Origin: a virus | Direction: 5' to 3' (one strand) | Virus record (IMG/VR): IMGVR_UViG_3300020456_000005 | Length of the DNA stretch: 64,000 nt | In this document: piece by piece, positions 29,330 through 38,952 of the stretch | How the letters are laid out: each line of letters starts with the position of its first letter | Numbering within the stretch: the stretch's first letter is position 1 | Made by a program: the position numbers and the translations under genes | The notes under the pieces: model-generated | Seen by the model: only the letters and a program-made list of their open reading frames with translations | Databases searched by the model: none | What the model was told of the DNA's origin: nothing

Positions 29330-31090
29330 ATGGCAATTAATTTTCCTGCAACTTCAGGACAACCAACAGACGGATCGTATACACATACGGTTGGTAATAT
29401 CACATGGTTATGGGATGGAGTTTCCTGGAGATCGGGTGTCTCAACTAGTGTAAATGAAGCCGATCCTATTTTTACTGCTTCTGCTGCGGGTAGCATTTCT
29501 TCAACTCATATCAATAATTGGAATAATGCATACAACTGGGGTGATCATTCTCAAGCAGGTTATTTAACTTCAGTTCCACAGGGTGCTACTGTAACGGTAG
29601 CAGACGATCCACCATCAAATCCAGTTAATGGTGATCTTTGGTGGGAGTCTGATACAGGATTTCTTAAAATTTATTATGAGGATGGAGATTCTAATCAGTG
29701 GATAGATGCTGCTCCTAGCGGAGGTATTACATTATCAGATCTTTCAGTATCAACTGCAGCTGCAGGAACAGCAGGACTCTCATACGATAACACAACAGGT
29801 GTATTAACATATACACCACCAGATTTATCTGGTTATCTAACATCGTTACCATCTCATGGTATTAATGATCATTCCGATGTTGATACTACTACAAATGCAC
29901 CATCTAATAATGATGTATTAAAGTGGGACGGTACTAATAATGAGTGGGTACCTGGAAGTATTGCGTCTTCTGGAGGAGCTCTTGCTTTAACAGATTTTTC
30001 TGTTCAAACTAGTGGTGCTGGGACTCCTTCTTTATTATATGATAATACAAGTGGTGTATTCACTTATACTCCACCAGATCTTTCATCTTATTTGACATCT
30101 TATACAGAGACCAGTACTCTTGCTAATGTTATTTCTAGAGGATCAACTTCAAATGACTCTGCTACCATTGGTGGTGATGGTACTGCAAGCGGTGTCACTC
30201 TTTCTGATGGCAACATTTCACTAAGAACAGGTACTGGAAATGTGGCATCTATTGACCTTTATTGTGAGGTTAACAATGCACATTTTGTAAGTGTAAAAGC
30301 ACCAGCACATGCTAATTTTAGTGGTAATGTCAATTTTACTCTACCAGAAAATAACGGGACTGTAGATCAACTTTTACGTACAGATGGATCGGGAAATACA
30401 AGTTGGGTTGATGCTTCTTCATTAACAGAATCAGATACTCTTGATACTGTAACTGGTAGGGGTGCTATTACTGCTAATGATATTACAGTTGGTAAATTAT
30501 CAATAGGAGATGCTTCTGGTAATACTGGTGCAAATAGTGTAGTACTTGGTAATTCGGATGATGCAAAACTATATTATCTTGGATCAGTAGATACATTACA
30601 AATTCAATCCGATAAAATATTCTTAAGAGCTAAGACAGGATTAGAAGATCCAATTATTTCGGGTGAATACAATGCTGATGTAAAACTTTATTATGCGGGA
30701 ACACCAAAGCTTGAAACTACTTCTGCTGGTATAACAGTTGCGGGGTCTATAATTGATGGATCAGGAAAGACAGTAAGACAATTAGAATGTGTTAGTAAGA
30801 CTGCAAGTTATACTTTGGCATCTGGAGATGCTGGAAAAACTTTTATAGTTAGTGGTAATAATGCAACTATAACTATTCCCAACGCTACTTTTGTTGAGGG
30901 AGACATTATAACAATTATCAATAATACCGCAACGAATATTATTATTGCTCAGGATACAGGATTGAGCATGTATTACACATCAGATGCTACAGGTACTACT
31001 GGTAATAGAACTGCCGCCGCAAGATCTTCTTCTACTATTTTATTCATAAGCGGAACTACTGCTTATCTTTCTGGAACAGGTTTAAGCTGA
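29330..31090 (+). CDS. Tail fibre protein (586 aa)
   Basis: MAINFP anchor; NGDLWW..DTG, LSYDNTTGV.TYTPPDLS.YLTS (x2), LRTDGSGN.SW and KLETTS.G.TV.G fibre motifs; C-terminal YTL..GDAGK...ISG.GLS domain. Confidence 0.8.
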   Translation: MAINFPATSGQPTDGSYTHTVGNITWLWDGVSWRSGVSTSVNEADPIFTASAAGSISSTHINNWNNAYNWGDHSQAGYLTSVPQGATVTVADDPPSNPVNGDLWWESDTGFLKIYYEDGDSNQWIDAAPSGGITLSDLSVSTAAAGTAGLSYDNTTGVLTYTPPDLSGYLTSLPSHGINDHSDVDTTTNAPSNNDVLKWDGTNNEWVPGSIASSGGALALTDFSVQTSGAGTPSLLYDNTSGVFTYTPPDLSSYLTSYTETSTLANVISRGSTSNDSATIGGDGTASGVTLSDGNISLRTGTGNVASIDLYCEVNNAHFVSVKAPAHANFSGNVNFTLPENNGTVDQLLRTDGSGNTSWVDASSLTESDTLDTVTGRGAITANDITVGKLSIGDASGNTGANSVVLGNSDDAKLYYLGSVDTLQIQSDKIFLRAKTGLEDPIISGEYNADVKLYYAGTPKLETTSAGITVAGSIIDGSGKTVRQLECVSKTASYTLASGDAGKTFIVSGNNATITIPNATFVEGDIITIINNTATNIIIAQDTGLSMYYTSDATGTTGNRTAAARSSSTILFISGTTAYLSGTGLS

Positions 31091-31091
31091 T

Positions 31092-34000
31092 ATGATGCAT
31101 TCTCTCCTTTTAGTATATGGAACTCCAGATTCCAGTACTCCACCTACTAATGCTTTGGGATATGAAATTTTTCATCCCGATGATATGGATGACGAGCGTC
31201 AAGGAAAAATTGTTTCTGATGATGCTGGAAATGTTTATGGAATTACATCTACCTCATATTATAAAATTGATTCAAACGGAGATCTTCAATGGGAGAAACT
31301 AATACCATCGGAGTATGGACCAGCAGGTAATAAAGCATTAAAAAATATTGCTGTTTCTCCAAATGGGACATATCTAGCAATTGGTGGATGTGGTGGAAAT
31401 GAAGGATTGAGCGGTTATGGAGAATCTGCAATATTATCTCAGATTAATACTCAGACTGGAGATTCAATCAAACACTATTCAACTTATGATGGATCTGTAA
31501 ATCAGACTGCTAGATACGCACAAGTAAAAGATATTATTGTTGGTAACGATGGATTATGTACTTTAATTGGAGATCTATATGGTATTGGTGGTGCTCCATA
31601 TAATGAATTTTTAAAATTTTTAGTTGATTTTCCTAATCAAACTATCCTTTCGTCAATAGGAGAAACTGACGGTACATATATGGAGCAGTGGTTTGATGTT
31701 GATCAGAATGGTACTGATATTGTTCTCGGTGGTCTTGATGTTGAAAATAATCAGCAAGGATTCCAATGTTATAATTGGACCAAAATGAATAGGACGACCG
31801 ATGCTATTGTATGGTCAAAAACTTGGCAATCAAATAATGGAAATGGTATTGCTGGAAGGGGTGTTTGTATAGATTCAACTGGAGTTGTGTATGCTGGATT
31901 TGATGATCAACCTGCACAAACAAGAGGAATAGTTCGTTTTAATTCAACAACTGGAAATGTTGATACTGCTTTTAAAATACATTATACATCTGGTGATTTT
32001 GATGACATCCAGATGCTACATTTAGCTACGGATGGCACAAATGTATATTTTGTTGGAAATAGTTATCAGATTGTAAGTGGTGAAAATGTTTATGTTATTG
32101 GAGCATATAATATTCAACAAGAGGATATTGGAACTATTGCTTGGGCAAGAACTATAAAGCGTACAACAACTGATACTTGCGTTATTGAAAAGTTGAAGTA
32201 TAACGCAACGAGAAATGAATTAGATATTTCTGGATATTCTTATGAGACAAATCAAGAATTTAGAAATAAATCATTCTTCATGTCATTACCTGCAGATGGA
32301 TCAGGAATTGGAAGTTATGGAAGTTATAGTTATGAATCCATTAGTTTAATTGTTGATGAACACGTTACGTCTTGGAATAGTGGTTCCCCACCAGCATTAG
32401 GTGATTATGAAACTGAAGTAGAAGCAGGAGGTATACAATCAGATTCAACTAAAATTTCTGGTTGGGCTCTACATCCAGGTATTGGTCAAGATGCTTTATT
32501 CCTTAAAAATACTGCGCGTAGTACTCCTACAGGAAGTAATTCTGGTTCTTGGAAATGTCCTCTTAATGTAAATTCAGTATCTGTTGTATGTGTAGGTGCT
32601 GGTGGCATGGGTACTCAAGATAATAATGCAACTGGTGGCGGTGGCGCAGGCGGCGGTGGACTTGGATGGAAATCTAATATTTCAGTAACACCAGGTACAA
32701 ATTATTTTTATTCAGTAGGTGAATTATCAGATCCTCAAGACGGTCAAGATGGTGAAGATTCTTGGTTTGATAACGATGGACTTGTAAAAGGTGGTGGAGG
32801 TAAAGGTCAAAGTAGTGGAACTGCATATCAATGGCAAGACGGTGTAGAAGCTTCTGGATGGTCAGCAAGTGATCTTTCAGACTATATGTTTAATGGAAGA
32901 ACAGATTTATATGCAAAAGCAGAAACTACAAATACAGATTACCTTGGATGGAGTACTGGATCTTCTCAAGGACAAGCAGAATTTACTACAGCAGGAACTT
33001 ATACATGGACTGCTCCTGAAGGAGTAACATCAGTTTCTGTTGTTTGTATTGGTGGTGGAGGACATGGATATGATCAGAATGAAGGGGGATCTGGAGGATC
33101 TAATGTTCCTGGCGGTGGCGGAGGATTAGGTTGGAAGAATAATATTACAGTAGTTCCTGGTCAAACATATACTGTTAAGGTTGGTGGTCAAAGTTTTGAT
33201 AATTTAGGAATTTTTGATGTTGTTGGTGGTCCCACTGGAAATGGTGGTGGTGATTCATATTTTAAAAACGTTTCAACTGTCTATGGTGGCGGCGGTGGCG
33301 TACTTAATTATAAAGGTGGTGGTTATGTAGGAGATGGTGGTGGTAATGGCGGTGGTGTAACTGCTGCTCAACCTGCTGGATTCTGGGGCGGCGGTGGCGC
33401 TGGTGGATATTCTGGAATTGGTGGTAGAGGTGGTTTTAGTAGTGATGGTGAAGATGGATCTGGAGGCGGCGGCGGAGGCGGCGGTGCTTCAGGATTCCCT
33501 GCTGCTGGTGGCGGTGGTGTAGGAATTTATGGTGAAGGATCTAATGGTGCAGGTGGTAGTGGACTTTCTGGTGGTGGCGGTGGTTCTGGTGGTAATGCTG
33601 GTACTGCTGGAACTGGTGGTAATGGTAATGACAGAGGTAATGGTGGACTCTACGGTGGTGGTGGAGGATGCGGAGGTTCAGGAACCCTCGGTGCTGGTGG
33701 CATTGGAGCAGGTGGTGCTGTAAGAATTATTTGGGGTCAAGGAAGAGCATTCCCAAATACATTAACTACCAATCAAACTACTACAACTGGATCTGGTCTT
33801 CCTGAAATGAGTAGTCCTTTAGATATCTACATTAGATATGCAGATACTGCAAATTATACGTATGAAGTAAATGGTTCATCTGTCAGTCCAACTGTAACTG
33901 GAGCAGGTGAATCTGGTGGTTGGGTTAATATTTCTTCTACGGGAGATGTTTCGCAATTTAGAGTTACAGCTCCTTCTTCTGCTGCTAATGTTCAAATTAG

Positions 34001-35966
34001 TGCTGTTAGATCTAATGGAGTAGTATTGACTTCATATGCTGGCACTATTGGTGGCGCTGGTGGAGATTATGTTGGAGATGGTGGAGGTAATGGCGGTGAC
34101 GGCGGATCTGGTGGACCATCATACGAAGGTGGCGGCGGTGGCGCTGGCGGATATTCAGGTGATGGTGGTAACGGTGGAAGTGGAGATGGAACAACTGGTC
34201 CTGCTGCTACTGGTTCTATTAGAAAAGGTGGTGACGGCACTGGAGGTTCTGGTGGTGGCGGAGGATATGGCGGAACCTATACTGGTGGTGGTGTAGGTAT
34301 TCTAGGTTCTGGGACCAGTGGTCTTGGCGGAGAGTATCTTGGAAATCCATTTGGATCTGGAACTGCTGGATCGGATGGATTAGGTGTTGAATATGGAGGA
34401 GGTAGTTCTGGAGCTACTAGTCCTGGATTAGGAACTAGTGGACAGGGTGGTCATGGAGCTATAAGAATTATTTGGGGTGATGGAAGAACATATCCATCCA
34501 CCAATACAAACAATCATGATTCAATAGGTACTCCACCGCCTCAACCAGATAATTGGATGTTGTTCGTTGGAGATAATTATACAACCGATGCTTCTCCAGC
34601 AAATCCTGGATATTTCTATGGAAGTGCTAGTTATATGGCCATGGATATGGATAATCAAAATAATTATCTATTAGGTGGAATTAGGTACGTAGATGCTGGA
34701 GTTTCAAATACAATATTCATTACTAAAGTTAATAGATATGGAAATTTAGTATGGGAAAGATCTCTTACTGGTACTCGTACAGGTGCTACAAATACCAGAA
34801 CTTATATTGAAGATATTAAAGTAGACATTAATGATAATATCTACGTTACTGGTTCAATTGTTACTGATGGTGCTTTGAATGGATTTTTAGAAAAATTAAA
34901 TTCTGACGGTAACACCCAATGGCAAAATCATTGGGCATATCCAAATACAAGTTACACAAATACTGGACATTCAATCCAATTTAATGATAGTAGTGCAGAT
35001 GATAGCGGAAACCCTGTTGTATTTGGAACATATAATTATACAAGACCATATGAAAATGGTGGTCACTTACAACATGGTATTTGTTACACCTTTGATGCAG
35101 GTACTGGTGCAAGACAGACAGATAGAATGTTTAGTGGTAGTTCTGGTGGATTAGGATCTTGCTATTTCTATGACTCTATAAAATTATCAAATCACTTCTT
35201 CATTCGTATGGCTGGATATTACACGGGAAGTCCATATGTTGGTGGAAGTCATCAGTCTGCAATTATTAAAACTAATTTGGCTTGCGATTCTTTAGTAGCA
35301 ATTCAAAATACATATCTTGGACAGAACACTAATGTATACACTTACGAAGGTATTCAAACTGATGGATCGGATGTCATAGTTGCAACAAGATTAATTGATG
35401 GTACTTCAAACCCAGAAGGTCATTTCCATAAATTTAATACAGATTTGACATGGCAACTTGGATGGAAGTTAACTAATGCGGCAGCTACAGTTCGTGGAAG
35501 TTACAATCGTAATTGGTGTGTTGATGGAAACTTTGTTTATGCAGCAATTTCAACCAATGATGAAACAATACACTTCGTTAAATTCAACATGACTGATGGT
35601 ACTATAGTATGGCAGAATAAGATGGTTGGTGATGTCAATAACAAACTTTCTAGTTCAGAATATAATGAAGGTTATTTACAGAAGGATGCACAGGGTTACT
35701 TGGTGTATCTAAACACAACCAATAAAACTCAACTTTATGCTAATGCTCATATTCTAATATCCTTCCGTTTAGCAGAAGATGGTAGTGGAACTGGAACATT
35801 TGGAAATTATACTTATTCTACATCAACCGATATATCTTTAACTTCTACAACTGCACCAACAGGATCTAACCCAGCAGTAGCTGCTGGAGCTGCTGCTCCT
35901 ACAGATTATGGTAATCCAAATGTAACGGTGGTAGATCCAAATATTCCTCAACTAAGAACTTCCTAA
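31092..35966 (+). CDS. Glycine-rich adhesin-like protein flanked by two beta-propeller regions (1624 aa)
   Basis: Two W..P..V.SVSVVC.G.GG...GA.RIIWG.GR.[FY]P glycine-rich domains, and propeller-like K.D..G.L.W repeats at both ends. Confidence 0.75.
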   Translation: MMHSLLLVYGTPDSSTPPTNALGYEIFHPDDMDDERQGKIVSDDAGNVYGITSTSYYKIDSNGDLQWEKLIPSEYGPAGNKALKNIAVSPNGTYLAIGGCGGNEGLSGYGESAILSQINTQTGDSIKHYSTYDGSVNQTARYAQVKDIIVGNDGLCTLIGDLYGIGGAPYNEFLKFLVDFPNQTILSSIGETDGTYMEQWFDVDQNGTDIVLGGLDVENNQQGFQCYNWTKMNRTTDAIVWSKTWQSNNGNGIAGRGVCIDSTGVVYAGFDDQPAQTRGIVRFNSTTGNVDTAFKIHYTSGDFDDIQMLHLATDGTNVYFVGNSYQIVSGENVYVIGAYNIQQEDIGTIAWARTIKRTTTDTCVIEKLKYNATRNELDISGYSYETNQEFRNKSFFMSLPADGSGIGSYGSYSYESISLIVDEHVTSWNSGSPPALGDYETEVEAGGIQSDSTKISGWALHPGIGQDALFLKNTARSTPTGSNSGSWKCPLNVNSVSVVCVGAGGMGTQDNNATGGGGAGGGGLGWKSNISVTPGTNYFYSVGELSDPQDGQDGEDSWFDNDGLVKGGGGKGQSSGTAYQWQDGVEASGWSASDLSDYMFNGRTDLYAKAETTNTDYLGWSTGSSQGQAEFTTAGTYTWTAPEGVTSVSVVCIGGGGHGYDQNEGGSGGSNVPGGGGGLGWKNNITVVPGQTYTVKVGGQSFDNLGIFDVVGGPTGNGGGDSYFKNVSTVYGGGGGVLNYKGGGYVGDGGGNGGGVTAAQPAGFWGGGGAGGYSGIGGRGGFSSDGEDGSGGGGGGGGASGFPAAGGGGVGIYGEGSNGAGGSGLSGGGGGSGGNAGTAGTGGNGNDRGNGGLYGGGGGCGGSGTLGAGGIGAGGAVRIIWGQGRAFPNTLTTNQTTTTGSGLPEMSSPLDIYIRYADTANYTYEVNGSSVSPTVTGAGESGGWVNISSTGDVSQFRVTAPSSAANVQISAVRSNGVVLTSYAGTIGGAGGDYVGDGGGNGGDGGSGGPSYEGGGGGAGGYSGDGGNGGSGDGTTGPAATGSIRKGGDGTGGSGGGGGYGGTYTGGGVGILGSGTSGLGGEYLGNPFGSGTAGSDGLGVEYGGGSSGATSPGLGTSGQGGHGAIRIIWGDGRTYPSTNTNNHDSIGTPPPQPDNWMLFVGDNYTTDASPANPGYFYGSASYMAMDMDNQNNYLLGGIRYVDAGVSNTIFITKVNRYGNLVWERSLTGTRTGATNTRTYIEDIKVDINDNIYVTGSIVTDGALNGFLEKLNSDGNTQWQNHWAYPNTSYTNTGHSIQFNDSSADDSGNPVVFGTYNYTRPYENGGHLQHGICYTFDAGTGARQTDRMFSGSSGGLGSCYFYDSIKLSNHFFIRMAGYYTGSPYVGGSHQSAIIKTNLACDSLVAIQNTYLGQNTNVYTYEGIQTDGSDVIVATRLIDGTSNPEGHFHKFNTDLTWQLGWKLTNAAATVRGSYNRNWCVDGNFVYAAISTNDETIHFVKFNMTDGTIVWQNKMVGDVNNKLSSSEYNEGYLQKDAQGYLVYLNTTNKTQLYANAHILISFRLAEDGSGTGTFGNYTYSTSTDISLTSTTAPTGSNPAVAAGAAAPTDYGNPNVTVVDPNIPQLRTS

Positions 35967-36139
35967 TGTTAATACCAGTCCCAGATGAAATTTTAAAAAA
36001 AGTAGATGAGATATGTGCTGAACATCAGTACAAACCTGGATTAATTGATGGATTTCATGCTGCAGAAATTTATGCTGCTAATCCAGATTTTGATACCTGC
36101 GTTGCTTTGTTAGTAGAAGAAGCAAAACTAGCTGAATAA
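35966..36139 (+). CDS. Small hypothetical protein (57 aa, not in the ORF track)
   Basis: MLIPVPDEILKKVDEICAEH...EEAKLAE*; coupled to the upstream stop (TAATG) and fills the gap. Confidence 0.6.
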   Translation: MLIPVPDEILKKVDEICAEHQYKPGLIDGFHAAEIYAANPDFDTCVALLVEEAKLAE

Positions 36140-36166
36140 ATAATATTATAATTATGTTTAATCATT

Positions 36167-36337
36167 ATGGATCCCGCTACTCTTAAGTCTGAATTTGAAG
36201 GTCAGCTCAAAGATGCAGAAGCAAAGATTGCTGCAGCAGAAGAGCAACTTACTAAATTGAAAGAATATAAAACTAAACTAGTTGGTGGTTTAGAGACTTT
36301 AGATCTACTTTCAAAAGAAGAACCAAAAGAAGAATGA
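36167..36337 (+). CDS. Small coiled-coil protein (56 aa, not in the ORF track)
   Basis: MDPATLKSEFEGQLKDAEAKIAAAEEQLTKLKEYKTKLVGGLETLDLL...; preceded by AATAAATA at 36135-36142. Confidence 0.7.
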   Translation: MDPATLKSEFEGQLKDAEAKIAAAEEQLTKLKEYKTKLVGGLETLDLLSKEEPKEE

Positions 36338-36344
36338 TTCCATC

Positions 36345-36680
36345 ATGGCAGCAATCCCACTAAATCTATTACTGGAAAAAGGAACGGACTTTGATGCCAC
36401 CTTTAATATCCAGAATGAAGATAACACAACTCCTCTTAACCTGACTGGTTATACAGCAGAAGCTAAGATGCGTCGTAGTTATTATTCTTCAGCTGCAACA
36501 GATTTTACTGTTGGGTTTGTTGATCGTTATAATGGAATATTAAAGATCTCAATGACTAATAACACAACTTCTGGATTAGATCCAAGACGTTATGTTTATG
36601 ATATTGTTTTAACATCTCCACAAGGAATTAAAACTAGAGTTATTGAAGGTATTTTGGAAGTAACACCTGGAGTGGTATAA
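36345..36680 (+). CDS. Small virion/baseplate-associated beta-sandwich protein (111 aa)
   Basis: NL..EKGTDF..TF...PLNLTGY...AKMRR...RYVYDIV.....TRVIEG...VTPGV pattern common in T4-like cyanophages. Confidence 0.7.
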   Translation: MAAIPLNLLLEKGTDFDATFNIQNEDNTTPLNLTGYTAEAKMRRSYYSSAATDFTVGFVDRYNGILKISMTNNTTSGLDPRRYVYDIVLTSPQGIKTRVIEGILEVTPGVV

Positions 36681-37405
36681 TGCCAAATTATAACGTCTCA
36701 GTTAAATCATCAAATTATAACGTACTTTCTGATCCTCAGAAAAAATATAATGTAGGTGTTAACTATGAGATTCCCAGTAAGTACTTACAATATGGTAATG
36801 AAATTCTCAATACTACTAACTGGGTATTTGACGGTACGACAACTGGTTATCCTTTAATTGATCAATCAGGAGATCCATACACTCCTATTAATGACCAACA
36901 ACTTATTGTTGCTATTAATGGGTTGGTTCAAGTTCCTGGCATTGACTATACTACAAGTGGTACGGATATTGTTTTTGTAACAGCACCTAATTCAGGTGAC
37001 AATGTGTATGTTGTTGGTCTTTCAACAACAGCTGATTTAACTAGAACAATTAATTTTGTTATTGATGCTGGATCTGCTCCAATGTCTTCTGGAATTAAAG
37101 GAGAGATGACATTAGATGTTACAGGAGAGATACAGTCTTGGACTATCATTGGTGATCAAGATGGTCAGATTCAACTTGATATTGGAAAGGTTGACTATGC
37201 AAACTTTCCAAATTTTGCATCTATATGCGGCACTGAAAGACCGCAGTTAGGAGATATTACAACTAATTCTCTACAAAGAAAGAACACAAATACGACAATT
37301 TCATCTTGGAACAAAGCATTAAATGCTGGAGACCTACTACAGTTTGAAGTTGTCTATGCTATAAATATACAGAGGTGTATGGTTTCCTTGAAACTGGCAC
37401 TCTAA
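36680..37405 (+). CDS. Virion structural protein (241 aa)
   Basis: FDGTTT.Y.L...LIVAINGLVQ.PG.DYT..G..I.F..AP module (also present in gp7); coupled start. Confidence 0.65.
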   Translation: MPNYNVSVKSSNYNVLSDPQKKYNVGVNYEIPSKYLQYGNEILNTTNWVFDGTTTGYPLIDQSGDPYTPINDQQLIVAINGLVQVPGIDYTTSGTDIVFVTAPNSGDNVYVVGLSTTADLTRTINFVIDAGSAPMSSGIKGEMTLDVTGEIQSWTIIGDQDGQIQLDIGKVDYANFPNFASICGTERPQLGDITTNSLQRKNTNTTISSWNKALNAGDLLQFEVVYAINIQRCMVSLKLAL

Positions 37406-37411
37406 GCTTTG

Positions 37412-37419
37412 TATAAATA
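37412..37419 (+). promoter_or_regulatory. T4-type late promoter
   Basis: Consensus TATAAATA; TAAGGAG Shine-Dalgarno before 37460. Confidence 0.8.
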
Positions 37420-37459
37420 ACAATATCATAGGTAAGAAACTCATAAGGAGATCGTTTAG

Positions 37460-38872
37460 ATGGCACTTCTAGTCACAGACCAGGGTGAAATTGATTCGCT
37501 ACGTACACTACTGAATGCGACTCATAAGATTCCCAGGAACTTAGTTCTAAAACTATACACCAGTAATACAACTCCTGCTGAATCGGACGTTCCATCGGCA
37601 GCGAATTATTACGAACCATATAACGCAAGTAATGCGTCTGGATATGGTACTGCACCTTCAACTGGTTATCCAGAAGTGAAGAATAATCGTACCGAAGAAG
37701 ATCAAGACTTTACTGAGCAGTATGGTATTTTACTTAACGGTAACCGTTGGGCAGTTAGCACTACAGTAAATGCTGTTGCTACTACAACGGCAACTGGAAC
37801 CGCTGGAACTTATGCAATTGCTGTTGCAGATGCATCCGACGTTAAAAAAGGAGACTATGCCGAAGGCGCTGGTATTCCTACAAATACTTATGTTGTAGAT
37901 ATTCAAGGAACTGACTTTGAATTGAGTCAGCAACTTTCTGCAGATATGAATACAACTGCAGTATCATTCGGTCGTGGTAGAACCACTGCTTCTTACCCTG
38001 AGCAAGTTTTCACATTCTCCTCCGCTGCTGGTAGCGTTTACGGATATTACCTATCTCGTGCAAACAATATGCCTGTAACTGTACAGGGTGTTGTTGATGG
38101 TGGATCAGTTGCTGCTGGTGCTCAAATCACTAAGTCTGGTTGTAAAGGTGTTATCGGTAATAACTACATCAACCTTCTTGATGTTGATGTAACTCCAAGC
38201 ATTACTTCAGGTGTTTCTGGAACATACGAAATTGCAGTTGACTCTGCAACTAACGTTGCAATTGGTCAAAGAGTTTCTGGTACTGGTATTGCACCACAGA
38301 CTCGTGTTGTTGGTATCTCTGGAACAAACATCTATCTAGATAAAGCACTTACTGGTGCTGCTTCTGGTACTGCAACTTTCAAAGTTAATGTTGCTGAGAA
38401 TCTAACTGTTGGAATGACAGTTTCTCAGACTGCATCTCCAAATGGTATTGCAGCATCTACAACTATTGTTGGTATTGACTTTGAAACTAAGACTGGTGAA
38501 ATCGGTCCTCGTGTATATCTAAGCGAACTACTAGTTGACAACATTCAGGTATCTAACGGTAACGACGCAGTTCTATTTGACTTCTCTATCGTTACTTCAG
38601 ATCCAGGCGGTTCTGCTGTTGATCACAACCTAAATCCTGGTGATGTCATCTACATCGCACAAGGTACTAGCAGCTCTATTCCTGCTGCACACTACACCGT
38701 ATTTGAGACTCCAACGTCTTCAACCTTCACCACAACTCCTGCTCTACAGGGCACTGGTGATGCAACTCTCTATAGCAGCATCTTCTTTGCTGAGAGATTT
38801 ACGAATGGTCCATACGCTATTCAAAACAACGGTGACCAAATCAAAGTTACTCTAAATGTCAGCCTAGACTGA
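37460..38872 (+). CDS. Virion structural protein, probably abundant (470 aa)
   Basis: Strong SD, own promoter and terminator. L.LKLY.SN.TP.E.D and FAERF..GPY...NNGDQIKVTLN motifs frame repeated G..V.G.GI...T.V modules. Confidence 0.7.
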   Translation: MALLVTDQGEIDSLRTLLNATHKIPRNLVLKLYTSNTTPAESDVPSAANYYEPYNASNASGYGTAPSTGYPEVKNNRTEEDQDFTEQYGILLNGNRWAVSTTVNAVATTTATGTAGTYAIAVADASDVKKGDYAEGAGIPTNTYVVDIQGTDFELSQQLSADMNTTAVSFGRGRTTASYPEQVFTFSSAAGSVYGYYLSRANNMPVTVQGVVDGGSVAAGAQITKSGCKGVIGNNYINLLDVDVTPSITSGVSGTYEIAVDSATNVAIGQRVSGTGIAPQTRVVGISGTNIYLDKALTGAASGTATFKVNVAENLTVGMTVSQTASPNGIAASTTIVGIDFETKTGEIGPRVYLSELLVDNIQVSNGNDAVLFDFSIVTSDPGGSAVDHNLNPGDVIYIAQGTSSSIPAAHYTVFETPTSSTFTTTPALQGTGDATLYSSIFFAERFTNGPYAIQNNGDQIKVTLNVSLD

Positions 38873-38911
38873 CCCTATATACTAAAGACCCAATCTTTAG
38901 TTATCTTTTTG

Positions 38912-38941
38912 TGGGGGTTGCAATTTGCAATCCCCATTTTT
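38912..38941 (+). terminator. Rho-independent terminator
   Basis: TGGGGGTTGCA-ATT-TGCAATCCCCA hairpin followed by TTTTT. A second, weaker hairpin CTAAAGA-CCCAA-TCTTTAG lies at about 38882-38900. Confidence 0.75.
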
Positions 38942-38952
38942 AATGCTGCGTT

